Below are positions 39,001 to 52,560 of a stretch of 64,000 nucleotides of DNA, piece by piece. The DNA is from Epiperipatus broadwayi. Its lineage: Eukaryota > Animalia > Onychophora. The stretch spans positions 7,502,001-7,566,000 of the forward strand of contig JAQFVV010000010.1 in NCBI GenBank assembly GCA_028023455.1, given 5' to 3'. Under the pieces are notes generated by a model. It did no database searches. It worked only from the letters and a program-made list of their open reading frames with translations, and was not told where the DNA came from. How positions within the stretch are numbered: the stretch's first letter is position 1; the number at the start of each line of letters is the position of its first letter. A program made the translations under genes and the position numbers.

Positions 39001-41099
39001 ATTTCCTGATTGCAATCTTTGTATGATATTTTATTAACTAGTTAAATTGTTTAAAAAAATCCACATAATAAATAAATAAATAAGTTTAAAATGTCATAAA
39101 AATGGGCCCAGTATACATAGATCCAAATTATACCAGTTATACAAGTGGATAAAAATCCATCATTTTAGGGATCAAACTACTAATGTAATATACAATACCT
39201 AAAAAATATGTATTAAGGTAGTGTGGTATGACAATTTGAAGTTGCCTGCTTAGTACAATCTTTCAATCAGTATGCAAGTTTCAATGATGTATATACAAAC
39301 TCTTTCCATATTTTGTGAATATTTTATAATTTTTTTCTTTTTATATTTTTTATATTAATTCTATTAAAAACGTTTAGTGGAAAATATTCATTTGATGAGT
39401 CTATTTGCATATTTCATGTTTCTGCATATAATTTTTACCATGATGAACAAAACATTATTCCATATACAAACAAAACCATTGCCAAAGCTGTTCCCATTCA
39501 CATTTATGAGCTACTAAAGGTACTGCTATGATATGGGATTTTTTTTTTTTTTTTACTAATTTGAATAGATAATCAAGCTCAAAAATGTCTTGCTTTAATT
39601 GAGGCCAAGGCAAAATCCTTCAAGTACCAGTATTTAAAAGATCCTCAAATTTTTTGGAAAGTCAGTACTGATTTTATCACTTCAATAATTATAGTTTCAT
39701 AATGTAAAAATTTTGAAAAGGTTACTAGTGGTAATTATGAGAGTGAATTTAAAAAAAAAAAAAAAAAACAGCATAAAGAGCCCAATCATCTAGAATAAAA
39801 ATTCCAATGTAATGAGCTTGGTTTTTTTCTAATACAGAATGTGATATAGAACATACATTGTAGAGAGAAAGAATATTAGCTAGGTAGAAACTATTAAAGC
39901 CAAACTTATGCTAAGGAGCAAGTATATGGAATACTCAAGCTAATATATCTATTTATCCATACAATTAATCTCATACATCAAAAAGCATCCTAAAGACAAC
40001 ACTATTAGTGAATTTCTAAGAAAATAAAAAGGCACAGTAACCATCATGACATTTGAGGATTGGTTGGGTATTACTTTTTACAGAGTGAAAGTGGAGTCTG
40101 CTACAAATCATCTTAAAATTGTTTTAGTTTAATTTTTTTTTTAAGACTGTTTAATTATAAAAAGTCATAAAGTTAATTATGTTGGTATAAGCTTATAGGT
40201 AAATATAATTAAAACTTTTAAAATGTCTTTGGATATCATTTCTACTACTAAAACAAATTTATAAATATATTAAATAACCTCAATATTACCACATATTCTT
40301 TTAAATTCATATAAATAAATATGCAATAAAAGACACATGATCCCCAAATAAATTTAATGGTTGCTGCAAATTTTTTATTAATGAAAACTTTTATGTTAAG
40401 AACATAACTTTGCCCAATTTTCCAATCTTTCAAATAAGAATTTATCAAATGACTAATAATTATAATGAAACAAATGGTAATATGCAAGTAACACATATAT
40501 AAAATATACAAAACAATTCGGTCCCTCACTCATTTTTAAAATCTTTTACAAAATTATAGTCAGCATAATACTTGATTTAACAATGATAGATTAGAGACTA
40601 TGTTCATAAAAAAGCTTTGGACATACTGAAATAGAAATTTCCAGCTTATATTGACCTTCAATAATAATAATTCTTTTTTTTTTTTTTTGTAATTTATATA
40701 TATCCAAAAACTAATTACAGATTGTACATAAAATTAAGCAAATGAAGAAATATAAAATGAAAATAAAGAAAAGGAGTGCAAATCACTTAAAATCGGGTTT
40801 AGATATTATATATTAGGTATTTTTTAAGGGTTGTATAAAATTGTTTGAGATCAAATTAAAAGATTTTCAGCAATAATATCTGCAGAGTAAATATTAAAAG
40901 ATGATTTCAATATATTGGAATTACAAATTAAAAAATAAATAATAATTTTCAATGAATTTTATATTGATTGATAAAAGTTAAGATGTAATTTTGTAAGCAT
41001 ATTGTTAAAAATGTTGTCTTGAATATGACTTATAAAAATCTGAGATCTGTAGCTCTTTGCTTTAGCTAAAGAGATATTACAATTATTTTTCAAAAGATA

Positions 41100-42260
41100 T
41101 TTAAACAATTCTGATACCATCAATTTTTACTGCATAATAAGAATATTATACCTTAAAAAAAATCTTACTTTCCATGTTACAAGTACATCTCCCCTAAGAA
41201 TAACTTTCAGAGAAATTCTATCTCAATGCTTCCTATGTAAGGCAAGAACATATTTAATCAAAAATTGTCCCAACAAATTCAACAAACTTAATGATCATAA
41301 AAACAATTAGGCTATCAATATGAAAAACTGCCAATCTCAAATTTAAATGAAAATAAAACCAATAATGAAAATCAAAGTATAATCTCTCCAGCTTCAATAC
41401 CTCTCCTGAAAAATACACAAAAAAGTAACATTCAATTTAACACAAAAAAATTCCACTAACATAATAAAAAATGATCAAACTGCATCTAATATGTCTGACA
41501 TGAATATTTCTAATATTATAACAATATCTGTGCATCTGAAACAAGGTAATAAATAAGAAAGGAGCAGTTCAAAAAATATCAAAAACAAAGACAAAAAGGT
41601 AGCATCTTAAGGATCAACTAAATAAGTTAGCAGATTGGCACCCATAATTGGAAGTATCAAATTTAATAATTCTTTGTAGGACAATATAATAGTTGAAACA
41701 AGAATAGTTCCCTTTGCTTTTCTTAAGAATAATAAAATTTTTAGAATAGAGGTAGCATACAAAAGAAAGCACCAAGATCAAAATTCATAAAAATAAACTT
41801 TAATCTGGTAAGTTTATATGATTTACTTTGCAGATAATACTGATAAGTAACATTTAATACCAACAATATATTACCTATTTAGAATATTCTACACCTTTAT
41901 TAAAGATAAAGGTTTGGGAATTAAACTCCAACCAGCTCATGTTAGCCAACAAAAACCGGACCTAATAAACCTCATGTCATACTTTCTACAGAAACCAACA
42001 TTATTATAAATTTATAGATAACCCACACCTTTACTTTTCTAATTTTGGATATTCCTATTTCTCAATTCCCAATACACTGTTATAGAATTAGCAAGGTAAA
42101 TAAATAACAGCTCATCATTTCATCATTTAAGATATTAATTAGATCTATCATCTCCTCCCCCAATCATTATTCTATACCCATTCAGTAAACCTTCTGTCAA
42201 CTATCATCTCAACAACATTTCTCACATTATCTCTTATCCCTACCTTGTTACATTAAAAAG
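41100..42260 (+). mobile_element. 5' part of a non-LTR element (ORF1 zinc knuckle and start of APE), related to the 5.7-9.0 kb element
   Basis: CFLCKARTYLIKNC at 41227-41268 (CX2CX4[H>Y]X4C). IKVWELN..KPDLI near 41910-41970. FSNFGYSYFS resembles LSTFGLSKYSS of the 8.8-kb APE. Similar C/T-rich sense strand. Confidence 0.5.
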
Positions 42261-42436
42261 ACTGCAAACAAGTGGTTATAATGATTGTTCATCGCAGAAA
42301 ACCTCAATTTGAAGTGAATAAATATATAATCTGAAAGAATTGGATAATGCTCATAAAAACTGTTAATAAATAAGAAATCAATACAGTCCGAAAAAAGACG
42401 AAAAGTGAAACCGTTCAAACTTCGCCAGGAATTCCC

Positions 42437-42489
42437 CCCCCACTTCTGACCATGGTTTCAAGCTTTGGCACTCCTCAGAGGCGCTAGGG
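42437..42489 (-). ncRNA. Type I hammerhead motif, family 1 homolog, weakened stems
   Basis: Minus: CUGAGGA GUGC-CAAA-GCUU GAAA CCAUGGU C AGAAGUGG. Core intact, stem III palindrome ACCAUGGU, GUC site (42448/42447). Stem II has a U-U mismatch and stem I is irregular. Flank 42498-42542 aligns with 3917-3960. Confidence 0.65.
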
Positions 42490-45400
42490 TAGCTTCAGAC
42501 ACTAGATCTAAAAATACCAACCCAAAGCCAGCATTTATTTAGATAAATGTGTTCAAACTTATCTTGATAATTTTATCATGTGATGAGTACTTGTTAAACA
42601 GCAACCAGCAGTGCTTCTGCATTTGAAGCCATTGTCTGCGTTAGGATCACTGCTATAACCACCCTTACTTGCATCTCAACTGAATGTAATGACTTTAGTA
42701 TCAAACATCTTCCATCTATTCTCTCTCTAATCCTACTATATGTTGAAATGAAAGTAATTAGATCATTCAGATTAATAATGAACACTTTTTATTGAGCTTA
42801 TTTGAGATGAAAAATAATTAAAATAAAATTTTAAGTGAGAAATAGTAATTTAATTACTATTGTACTGCATCACATTTTTTGTCTAGTTCTACAAATAAGA
42901 TCTGTCAATATTGACTATAATATTATTACAATGTTATATAGATTATAACATTATAAGATGCATTTACTATATGTCACTTTATATAAACAAGTATAGACTA
43001 ATTCATGTGCATAAAATGGAACCATCTTCATATCTGAGTATGCTAGGTGATATATCAATATTTTCCAAGTTCTAATATTAAAAATCTGATATAATCTTAA
43101 TCTTTCCTAAGATAGTTAACTTCACACTAATTTAATGACTGTTAGTTTAAAATCAAGTTTAGATAATGAAAAGTACATGAATTTTGAAGATAGATCATCC
43201 TGAAAAAATACTACATATACAAGGCAGTTAGTTTTTAATTTAATCTATTCAACAAAATTCAAATTACAAAACCACACACACAAAAACACAACAACAACAA
43301 CAACAAAAAAAAACAATACAAAAATAGCATTTTTTTTTTTACAAACTAATTCTTATCTACACTGAAAACCATTTATAAGAATAACAAAAATAATTTGTAT
43401 TTTAAAAATTATGATTTTTAATTTTATATATATTAAATTCTCCTGGTCAAAACAAACACTAATTATCTATATAGTAGGCTGAAATAAAAATAGAGATTAA
43501 AAAATATGTAAAATGCATTCAACCTAAAATTAAATGCAATTTTTCTATACAAGTTTCAATTTATTACTTAATTAAACTAGAAACATTATACCAGTGTATT
43601 TGTGTAAAAAGAAAATCAGTCTCAATATTTGAAATGTTATTGTTTATGTAATTAATCATAAAAGAGAAAGAACTCATAGATTTTCAACATGATTAACATC
43701 AAAGTAATAATACAATTCCTTATCCTAAATAATGACAACAATTAAATATTTTTGTGTTTTCAAATCAGCTGAATGAAAGTGAAACAACCTAATTAAATTC
43801 TACAAAAAAAGTCACTGGTGTTCAATCTAATGAAGGAAGGTCATTATACCATTTTGTATCTTTTGTTTACTCTATACTGTGCTGAGACTAATGAGTTGTT
43901 AGCATGTAACATTAAAACTTTTAATAATGGATTATTCATTAATTCATATGCTGTTTGTATGTTCTTCATACAGATTGTGCAAAACAATATAAAAATATTA
44001 GCATTTTTTTTACTGTACCATTGATTGTTTTTAGTAATAAATAATGTATTTTTACTTGTAAAGATATCTTAAAAAAACATACAAGTCTGTAAAATAAAAA
44101 GTAATCATATGACTGAATGGAAAAAGTTAAATGATATTCAAACACTAAAGAGAAAGATTGAATATATCCTCAATTAATTATCTAATGTAAGACCCCCCCC
44201 CCCTTCTTCAGCTGAGAATTAATACTGAAACCTTTAGTTTTTGAAACCACCACTCATCACTGTCCTAAATCACAGAATATAAAGACCTGTAAATAAGAAA
44301 TCTCCATATCAGAGCAATTGAACACAAGATTATACCATCCGCACCACACAATTATATTTCATTAAGTGATCAAAACTATAGTAAAACAAACATTCCTAAT
44401 TATGACTAAATAGAAAGCAATTTTTAACTAAGCAATTATAATTGCAGGAAATTATAAGTATAAATCTATATTGAATAATTTTTTTTAATTTGTACATCAA
44501 ATTATAGTTGTGTTAAGAAAAGTTTTCAAATTGAACTCATTCAGCCATTGAAATTTAATACATGCACACATTTTTAAAATGCTAACATTTTCAAAAATAT
44601 ATTTATGATAACATGTAAGTTGACTCTGAAGCAAAGAAATTATATTTTGTAGTCCAAAATTAATAACCTAAAACTATCTCCATTATAGTGTCACTATATA
44701 TTTAAAAAAAAATTTTTTGGAATAGCCTTGAGATATTGCAGTTAATGTTCTACCTTCCATGACCATCATCTAGAGATAGTTAGAATCAGGTAAACTTAGA
44801 CATTTTTTCAAGTCCTAAGAAGGCTTAAAATTTATTTTTTGGGTAATTAACCCATAATCAATCTAACTAAACAACCAGTATTAGATGATAAATGGATTAT
44901 TAACTAAAGTGATTCCAGATTAATTTATCAAATAATTTTGTTCAGTTTTTTTTTTTTTTTTGCAATAATAAAAAAAAAAAATACAAGGGAAAGTGAGATG
45001 GGGTAGTTTTTTATTTTTTTAAAAAAAAATATACTAAGATTGTATCACTATATTCATAATAATATATAGAATCTTAGAATAAAACCAAAACTTTCATAAA
45101 GATGAATGTACATGTAATAAATAACATTCTGATACTAAATTGTTGTCTTAATAAACAAAGCAGTATATATAATTTATTACAAAATTAACAAACATTTTAT
45201 AAAATACTTTACTCTTAGACAAAAAAAAAAAATCAGATACAAACAAGCTGGCTCATAGCAGAATTCAATTATAAAATTAACAATTATTTATTAAATATAT
45301 TTATAGAAAACAATATCCATATTTGGCTGTAATAAAGGCTGAAGAATTTGAAATAAGATCAAATATATTTCTATTATGTTATTCTAAGTTTATATCATTA

Positions 45401-48183
45401 TTTTTTATATCATAAATATAACAATAAGTTAAAACGTAAAACAATAAAAATCAAAATATTTATATCTGGCTAATGAAAATAGGAGTAATAAAAATTGGTC
45501 TCAAAGAATATATAATTGTAACTTAGAATTTTCAATCAAACAAAACATAATGTTCATTTGGTTTCTGAATAAATATTAAAAAAAAAATTCAAGTACCTCT
45601 TAAAAATCATTCAGAAACAAAATTTACTTAAAATGTATTTAAAAAATTATACAATATCTCATCACAATAATTTTAAATTAAAATTACGGTGACCATATTT
45701 CCAAAGGGCCTAACTGAAATACTCTATTAAAAAAACAAAAACATCGGAAATTACTGTATATTTCAGTATGAAATAAAAAAACAAATTACAGAAACATATA
45801 ATCACATTTACATTACAATTGCCTGCACAATTTAGCGAAGTTGATAAAGCATCCGACTTGATAACAGGCTGATTCCAGTCAATTTAAGCAATCTTTTTTT
45901 TTTCCTGCTGAAAATTTTTTCTTTTTTATGACTAAATTTTGTTTACCTTCAGTTATTATAAGAAATTTGCCCTTTTTTTTTTTATTATTACTAACACCTC
46001 ACTCATTAGTAATACAAACAAAAGCAACAGATAATTGTTTGTATACATATATTATCTATCAAAACAAAATCATAAACTGAAATAATTTATTACTAAGATA
46101 CAAAAATAATGGGAAGCCATTTTTGGAAAATTATTGATTATCCAATCAAAAAAATTAATTATAAAATATTAAATGAATAAATATTAATCTAAATAAATGT
46201 AAAGTTAAAATTAAAAAATAAAAGTAAAAATAAAAATGAGTGGTTAAGAAAACAGGGAGATACGGACACCCAGAGTAAAATGCAAATTAATTCATGTTTT
46301 ATATATTTTTTAAAGATGATCATAACACAGAAATGATTTAGTTATTAATTTATAAAAGTTATTCACACAAAACAAAATGTAATAGCTTACTTTAAAATGT
46401 TTTAGCATTTACATCTAATTTTATTATTCATTAAATGTTTTCATAATGTACAACAAATATTGTTTATTACAATCATTTTAAAATAGCTGAAGAAAATACT
46501 GCATTTGCAAATATGTGAGATATTTTTTTTAAGTAGAAACATATTTATAGCATTTACATTAATGAACATTGTAATAACTTTTATATAATTATTTTGGTTT
46601 TGAAGACTGTGTTATAACAGAAGGATTGAAATTATATTTTTGTTGCTAAAATAGCAAATAAAATACATTTATTGATTATTTAAGGAAATGTTTGCATGAT
46701 TTAACTAGCAAAGGATTGACTCAAGAGTTCTTGAATTAGTTCCTAGCTGAGCAAAGTGAGAGGTCTGTTTAACTGATTGAATTCATTGTTTAATTACTCT
46801 TATACATATTTAAAAAATCACATGACCTTAATTAATTAGTTTAGCTTAGTGATGAAAATGGTTGCCAATAAAAAATTCCTTGAATGATATCAGAAGAAAA
46901 AGAACAAAAAATTCCACACTATTCAATAAATGAAACCATTGTATTCTGCTATGACAATTTGATGTTCAAACGCTACTTGAATTAAAAAATTCACCATAAG
47001 ATAATGAATAACATATTACAGAATGAAGATATCCATATATATATATTCTATTTTGTCTATTGGATTACCTTGTTATATATACTTTTATTAGAGATGTAAA
47101 TTTCTTTGGTGAATATTAGTTTTTGTTTTTCATTTAAATGAGACTTTAATTTTTTTTGTAGGTTATATTAAATTTTTTGAACTTTCACATTTTTAATTAT
47201 ATGCATCCTCTATCCTAAAGCTAACCCCAATGGTCATTTTAAAATTTCTCATGGTATTCACTTATAAATAATCCAGTGTTTTTGCCCCTTATAGTAATAG
47301 ACTATTAACTGATGATAATATATTTAATGTAGTGAACATCTTTTGCTCTTTTTTCTTCTTCATATTTTTCTTCAATTGTATTTTTAAATGGAAAAAAACA
47401 ACAACAATGTAATCTTAATCAAATTTCTGTTTTTGATTATTTTATTAAAAGCTTAAACTTAAAAAATGAAAATAAGTTTAGAAATAAAAAAAAATAGTGA
47501 TAAAGTTGTCAACACAATTAATTTCATTTAGACTTCAATCTAATACATATTTAACAAAAAAAAAAAGTATTCATAATTAAATCAATATATTTCATTCAAA
47601 CCATGTCTTAAAAATAAAAATATTTTTAAAAACATTAAAAATCAACTTTTCAATTAAATAATAATAATAAAATAAGAATTGTTATTAACAATATGTTTTA
47701 TGTTTGATATCAAATTTTTAACTGGCTAATAAAATACATATAAATATCATATAGTTACTAAGAAATTAATATTTAATTCATGTATATTTATTTTCAAAAA
47801 TTTTAGATACAAAAAAATTCAAAAGATGATGGGAAAATCGAATATACGATCCATCAAAGCATCTCGATCTCCGCCGATGATGAGTAACCATTATATATTT
47901 CGCGCTCTCAAAGTTTGAGAGATTACTTCGAGAAAATATTACGATCACCAAGAAAATATTACAAAGTCCTACAAACTTGACTTTTTGGAAAGTTTATGAT
48001 TTTATTTGTATTGGAATTGTGTAATAATTATTAAAAATCAAAAATAAATATATATTTATTTTTTACAAAAATATTTAATTTTTAAATTAAAGAATATATT
48101 CTCCTGAATATTGTTATTATAGAGATTACTGTCACGGAAGGGATAGCTGTCTAGAAATTAGGTCACTCAGCAGATTGTTATAA

Positions 48184-48283
48184 TAATTCTATAATTAAAA
48201 CACTTCTTTTCTTTTCAAAAACTTTATTTGACATATATATATATCCACTTGTTCCAACGTTTCGACTATTTTTACTCTATAGT
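48184..48283 (-). repeat. Inverted partial copy of the Penelope pseudo-LTR, starting within hammerhead stem II
   Basis: Reverse complement of 50402-50496 (ACTATAGAGTAAAAATAGTCGAAACGTTGGAACAAGTGG...), with small indels. Confidence 0.9.
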
Positions 48284-48285
48284 AT

Positions 48286-49997
48286 TGTGACGACCACGTA
48301 AAGTCGTCATCACTCATATATAGTTATTAATAAACTTAGATAAGTTAGCTACTAGAAAGTAATAAAGGTAAATGGGTTAGCTACTAGAAATTAAAAAAAA
48401 AAAGGAAAAGAAAAAAGTTGAGATTCAGAAATGTCGAAATTACTTTGATTTTTTATTAATAGTAAGAGAAGGGGAGGGGGTGCATAAAGAAATGCATCTC
48501 TTTCTCTCTTTTAAAAAAAAAACTAGTTAGTCAAATGCTTGAAAGTTATTTCTGTTATTGTGGGAGAGGGGAAGGGGATGCATAAAGAAATGCATCATTT
48601 TCTCTTGCATAAAAACTATTGTGATAAATTAAAATAAAGTGTAAAACATAAACTTGAAAAATGAATTATAAACTTTTAAGTAAAAATTAAAATGAAATAT
48701 GTAATATAAAAACAATATGGCCGTATAAATAAGAGGTGTGAAAGTCTGTTGGACTAATTGAATTCCTCAGACAAAGAAAAATGTATATGAAGGAAAAGCT
48801 TATAATTGTAGCTCGATTAATTAAAATATACATTCCAGCCACTAATTAAACAAATAGGTTGATAAGAATTCGTTGGAAATCTAAGCATTAATTAAAAATT
48901 TACAAAAAAAAACAATGAACAAAAGAAAAGACAGTAAGACCAGAGTTACAATTATTATCTGATTATTACGAGTAGAGATTTTGAAGAAGCAGCAGCTAAA
49001 AAAAAAAAAAATCGATGAAATGAAAGTGTGCGGCTAGTGGCGTAAGGGAACGTGGATTCGTACTCGACCCGTCTCACCACTGCCTCACTATGTATAAGAG
49101 CTAAGCCTGACCTGCTAGAGAGAGACCGCGGCTTCTGTAACTGAACAACTTAAAAATCAACTCAAAGAATCAAGAAGAAAAAGAACTGCAACAAGAAATA
49201 ACCAAATCAAATTGAGAGAGAAAATCAATCCAGCTGACAGTGAAGGACATACCGTCTCTACAAAAAAAAGGGATGATCTCCCACTGGATGGTAACGAGCG
49301 CTCGAAAGAAATGCCCATGGAAACAACTACAACGAAAACCTAGGTAATTAAAGCATGCATGCATTTTATTTTAATATTCGTAAATACATAAAGAAGGAAC
49401 AATCTTGATAGATCTAGAACTCTGCCCAATTGGACTTCAAGATAACTTTAATATTCAATATGTTTTACCCTATTTATTATAGCTACATATTTATATAAAT
49501 GTGTATTTTTATTGTGTAATTTTTTTATATATGTGTGTGTTTATTATTCTTATGTATTTATATCAGTGTGATTGCCATTAAACATTATTCATTATATTTA
49601 AAGGGTTTTCACTTGCTTTATTCTCCTATCACCAAGCTACGACAGGGAGGAAAACTGTAATTTAGTGATTAAAGGGTAAGGCTGATTTTAAAAGGTATTC
49701 GTGTGCTGTTTGTTTGTGAGAATTTCCCAATTATAAAAATAAATAGCAAGCGCTGGACATTTGTTAAATTTCTTGAAAGAGTTTGCTTTGTTCAGCAGCC
49801 GAGAGTGCTTGATCGGGAAAAATAATGCCAAGATAATATGTACGTATTGCTTCAGGGTTCGGTCAAGGGTACAGATATGAAGTTAAATTTGTATCTGTAT
49901 TAGCTCTCTGCTTGCATTGTAACGGCGTTGGTTAACTAATTAATTAATGATTGAAAAATCCGTAGTAAACTAAACTAAATAAACAATATCCATTACA
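48286..49997 (+). mobile_element. LTR C (5' LTR of a truncated LTR retrotransposon)
   Basis: Begins TGTGACG, ends ATTACA, followed after 2 nt by a PBS-like 18-mer. CpG-richer central region and short internal direct repeats. Confidence 0.7.
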
Positions 49998-49999
49998 GT

Positions 50000-50017
50000 T
50001 GGAGGCTAAGCCGGGAT
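50000..50017 (+). promoter_or_regulatory. Primer-binding site, tRNA-Pro-like
   Basis: TGGAGGCTAAGCCGGGAT matches the canonical tRNA-Pro PBS TGGGGGCTCGTCCGGGAT at 14/18, directly after the LTR end. Confidence 0.65.
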
Positions 50018-50220
50018 ATTTCAGCCATAGCTAAATAAGATAATAAAAATAAGTATAAAATATAATAGAAATAAAATTAAATAAAAATAAATAACCCACC
50101 AAATAACAAATTCCGTTACAGTATATAAGAAAGAAAAAGGAACTAAATTTTTTATTGTAACAATTGGTTTTTTGGATAAAAGAAAATGTAAAAAAGGGAA
50201 AGTTTTTTGAGAAGGGAGTC

Positions 50221-52560
50221 AAGTAAGTGTGGTGTATATTTTGTGTTTTAATTTAATTGATTTTAATGTATTTTATTTATTTTTAATTTTTATGGGGTTT
50301 ATATATTTTTTTGTGTGTTTTTTATATTGTTTTGGTTTTTTTGGTTTTATTATGTGAAGTTTGTTATAATGTAATATGTTTTTTCTAGATCCTTGAAAAT
50401 GACTATAGAGTAAAAATAGTCGAAACGTTGGAACAAGTGGATATATATATACATCAAATAAAGTTTTTGAAAAGAAGTGTTTTAATTATAGAATTATATG
50501 GCTATATGTAATGTATATTTTGAAAAGAAAAAAGGAATGAGTCATGATTAGAAACAGAAGTAAATGGATTGTTATAATATTTAGCAATATCATAAAAATT
50601 ATGAAATTTTTTTAAACCTTTAAAGCATAAATTGATAGAATTAGTAGTTATTAAAAATAATTCAGATTTTTAAAGCAAACATCAAATAAAAAAATGATTT
50701 TGTTCATTTTGCAAATTAAATCAGCTTTACCTGAAATTTGATAACGTGATAGTATTTTGCTTTAATTAAAATCTAATTTTTAAAATAATTATGAAAATCA
50801 AATGTGATTTTTTAAAAATTTATTTAATTTTTAAACAAAAATATCTAACGAATAATGGTAAAATTTATTATATTCTGATAATAATAGTTTAATATCAAAA
50901 CGAAAGTTGAAAGCTTAAATGTAATGAGAACAAAGAAATATCAGAATATTAACAGAACAATAAATCGGTTAAATCTGAAAATTGATAACCTAAAATTCAC
51001 AGTAACGGTCTTATAATTTAAAATACAAAAAAAGACAAATTCTTATCATCAATATTTAGAAAATACCATGGTAAAGCTTTCATAAACTCTGAATATTTCA
51101 CCCCTCAGCAACAATAAGAATTTTTGCGAACATAAAAAGAATTTCCATTAAGACATATAATAGACTTTGGATGGTCATACTTCTATAATGCGGCAAAAAT
51201 GATCATGTCTTGGTAAACTGAAGATGTTTGGTTCATACACGATAAAGTTATCATGAGTTCATTAATAAAATTAGAAACTTAAAAAATAGATAACAACAAA
51301 ATAGCCTCCTTAGACATTAAAGAACTTTATGGGTCAGTTCCTCATGTAAAATCAAGAGGTTATTCGTGAAATGTTCCAACAGGTTAATTACAACACTTAT
51401 AAACAAGCCTTCATAATGGAGATATTAAAATGAGTCAACAAAGAAATTGTCACAATAGTAATATAAACAAGCTTTCATAATACAGATATTAAAATGAGTC
51501 AATAAAGAAACTGTCACAACAATAAATAAAAAATATTACTGAATAAATTATGGATGGCCGATAAGGCTGCCTTTCAGTGGAATTATATGCAGCCTATACC
51601 TGTCAACAAATATATTATACACTAGATACATAGATGACATGTTAATCTATACTGAAGTATAACTCAAATTCACCAACAATTAATAAAGATTTCTTTAATT
51701 TGAACCATTGAAAAAGAAAATTAAAAACTATAAGTATTAAATTTTTGAATATAGATGTGCAAAGGCAGGGTGACATTTTAAACAACAAAATGGCACAAAA
51801 ACTTATAAACATCAGAAGAGCCATCCACCCTAAATCTTAAGCCCAATGGCCCATAAATATGCCAGTCTTAAAGATTTCTTTTACAAAAATGTAAAACTAT
51901 GTAAATTTGGAATAGATCAGAAAAACATGAGATATAACATCAAGAAATTTACAATACAAAAAAATTTTTTTTATAACAAACTAAATAAACCCCTGCAATC
52001 TCTTTCTAGTGAGAACAAAAAATAGACTAGCCTCCCATATGTACCAAAGGTAACTCAAAAATTAAAAAACATTTGTTTAGCAAAATGTTTTCGCTCCCCT
52101 CTCCTACTAAACAAACTGCTGAATAACTCAATAGATAAACTGATAAGGAAGCTGAGTATCAAATAGTTTATAAAATTAACTGCAACAAAGCCAACTGTAT
52201 ATATGCATATTATGGAGACATGATGGCAAACCTGTCTACAAGGCAGGCCCAACACCATTACTTATAAGTAATGAATACCCATGAATATTATTAGAACATA
52301 AGCTATAATCAGATCATAAATTTGTTCTCTCCAAACTAGATGTCTTTTGCACTGAAAGAGATAATAAAAAAATGATCAAGGAGGCTTGGACAATAGGCAA
52401 GGATAAATTTGCTATATAAAAAAAAAATCAGTATCCCTCTGTCAAAAAAGTGGGCTCTCTGAAAAACTTTATATACATTTGAATAACAAATAATAAATTT
52501 CAAATAATAAGTTTAAATTAATTTAAATACAAAAAAAGCTAGCAAGTACATATAAAAACA
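50221..52560 (+). mobile_element. Decayed Penelope-like element (pseudo-LTR with HHR, RT, GIY-YIG endonuclease)
   Basis: PKIH (~50990), SLDIKELYGSVP (51307-51342), GWPIRLPFSG, RYIDD (YIDD 51627-51638), IKFLNIDV, QIVYKINC..C..YYGD...STRQAQH (~52160-52257), MIKEAWTI. Internal 64-bp duplication at 51398-51525. Confidence 0.85.
50390..50433 (+). ncRNA. Minimal Penelope-type hammerhead with U3/A8 core variant
   Basis: UCC UUGAAAA U GACUAU-AGAGUAAAA-AUAGUC GAAA CGU U GGA. Stem II is 6 bp, stem III palindrome ACGU, stem I 3 bp. Core is UUGAAAA instead of CUGAAGA. Confidence 0.6.

Noticed and set aside
47807-47883. Possible exon (TTTTAG...GTAACC, open frame IQKNSKDDGKIEYTIHQSISISADD)
   Set aside because: No recognisable homology and no partner exons. 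The CpG-rich context looks more like a DNA-transposon subterminal region.
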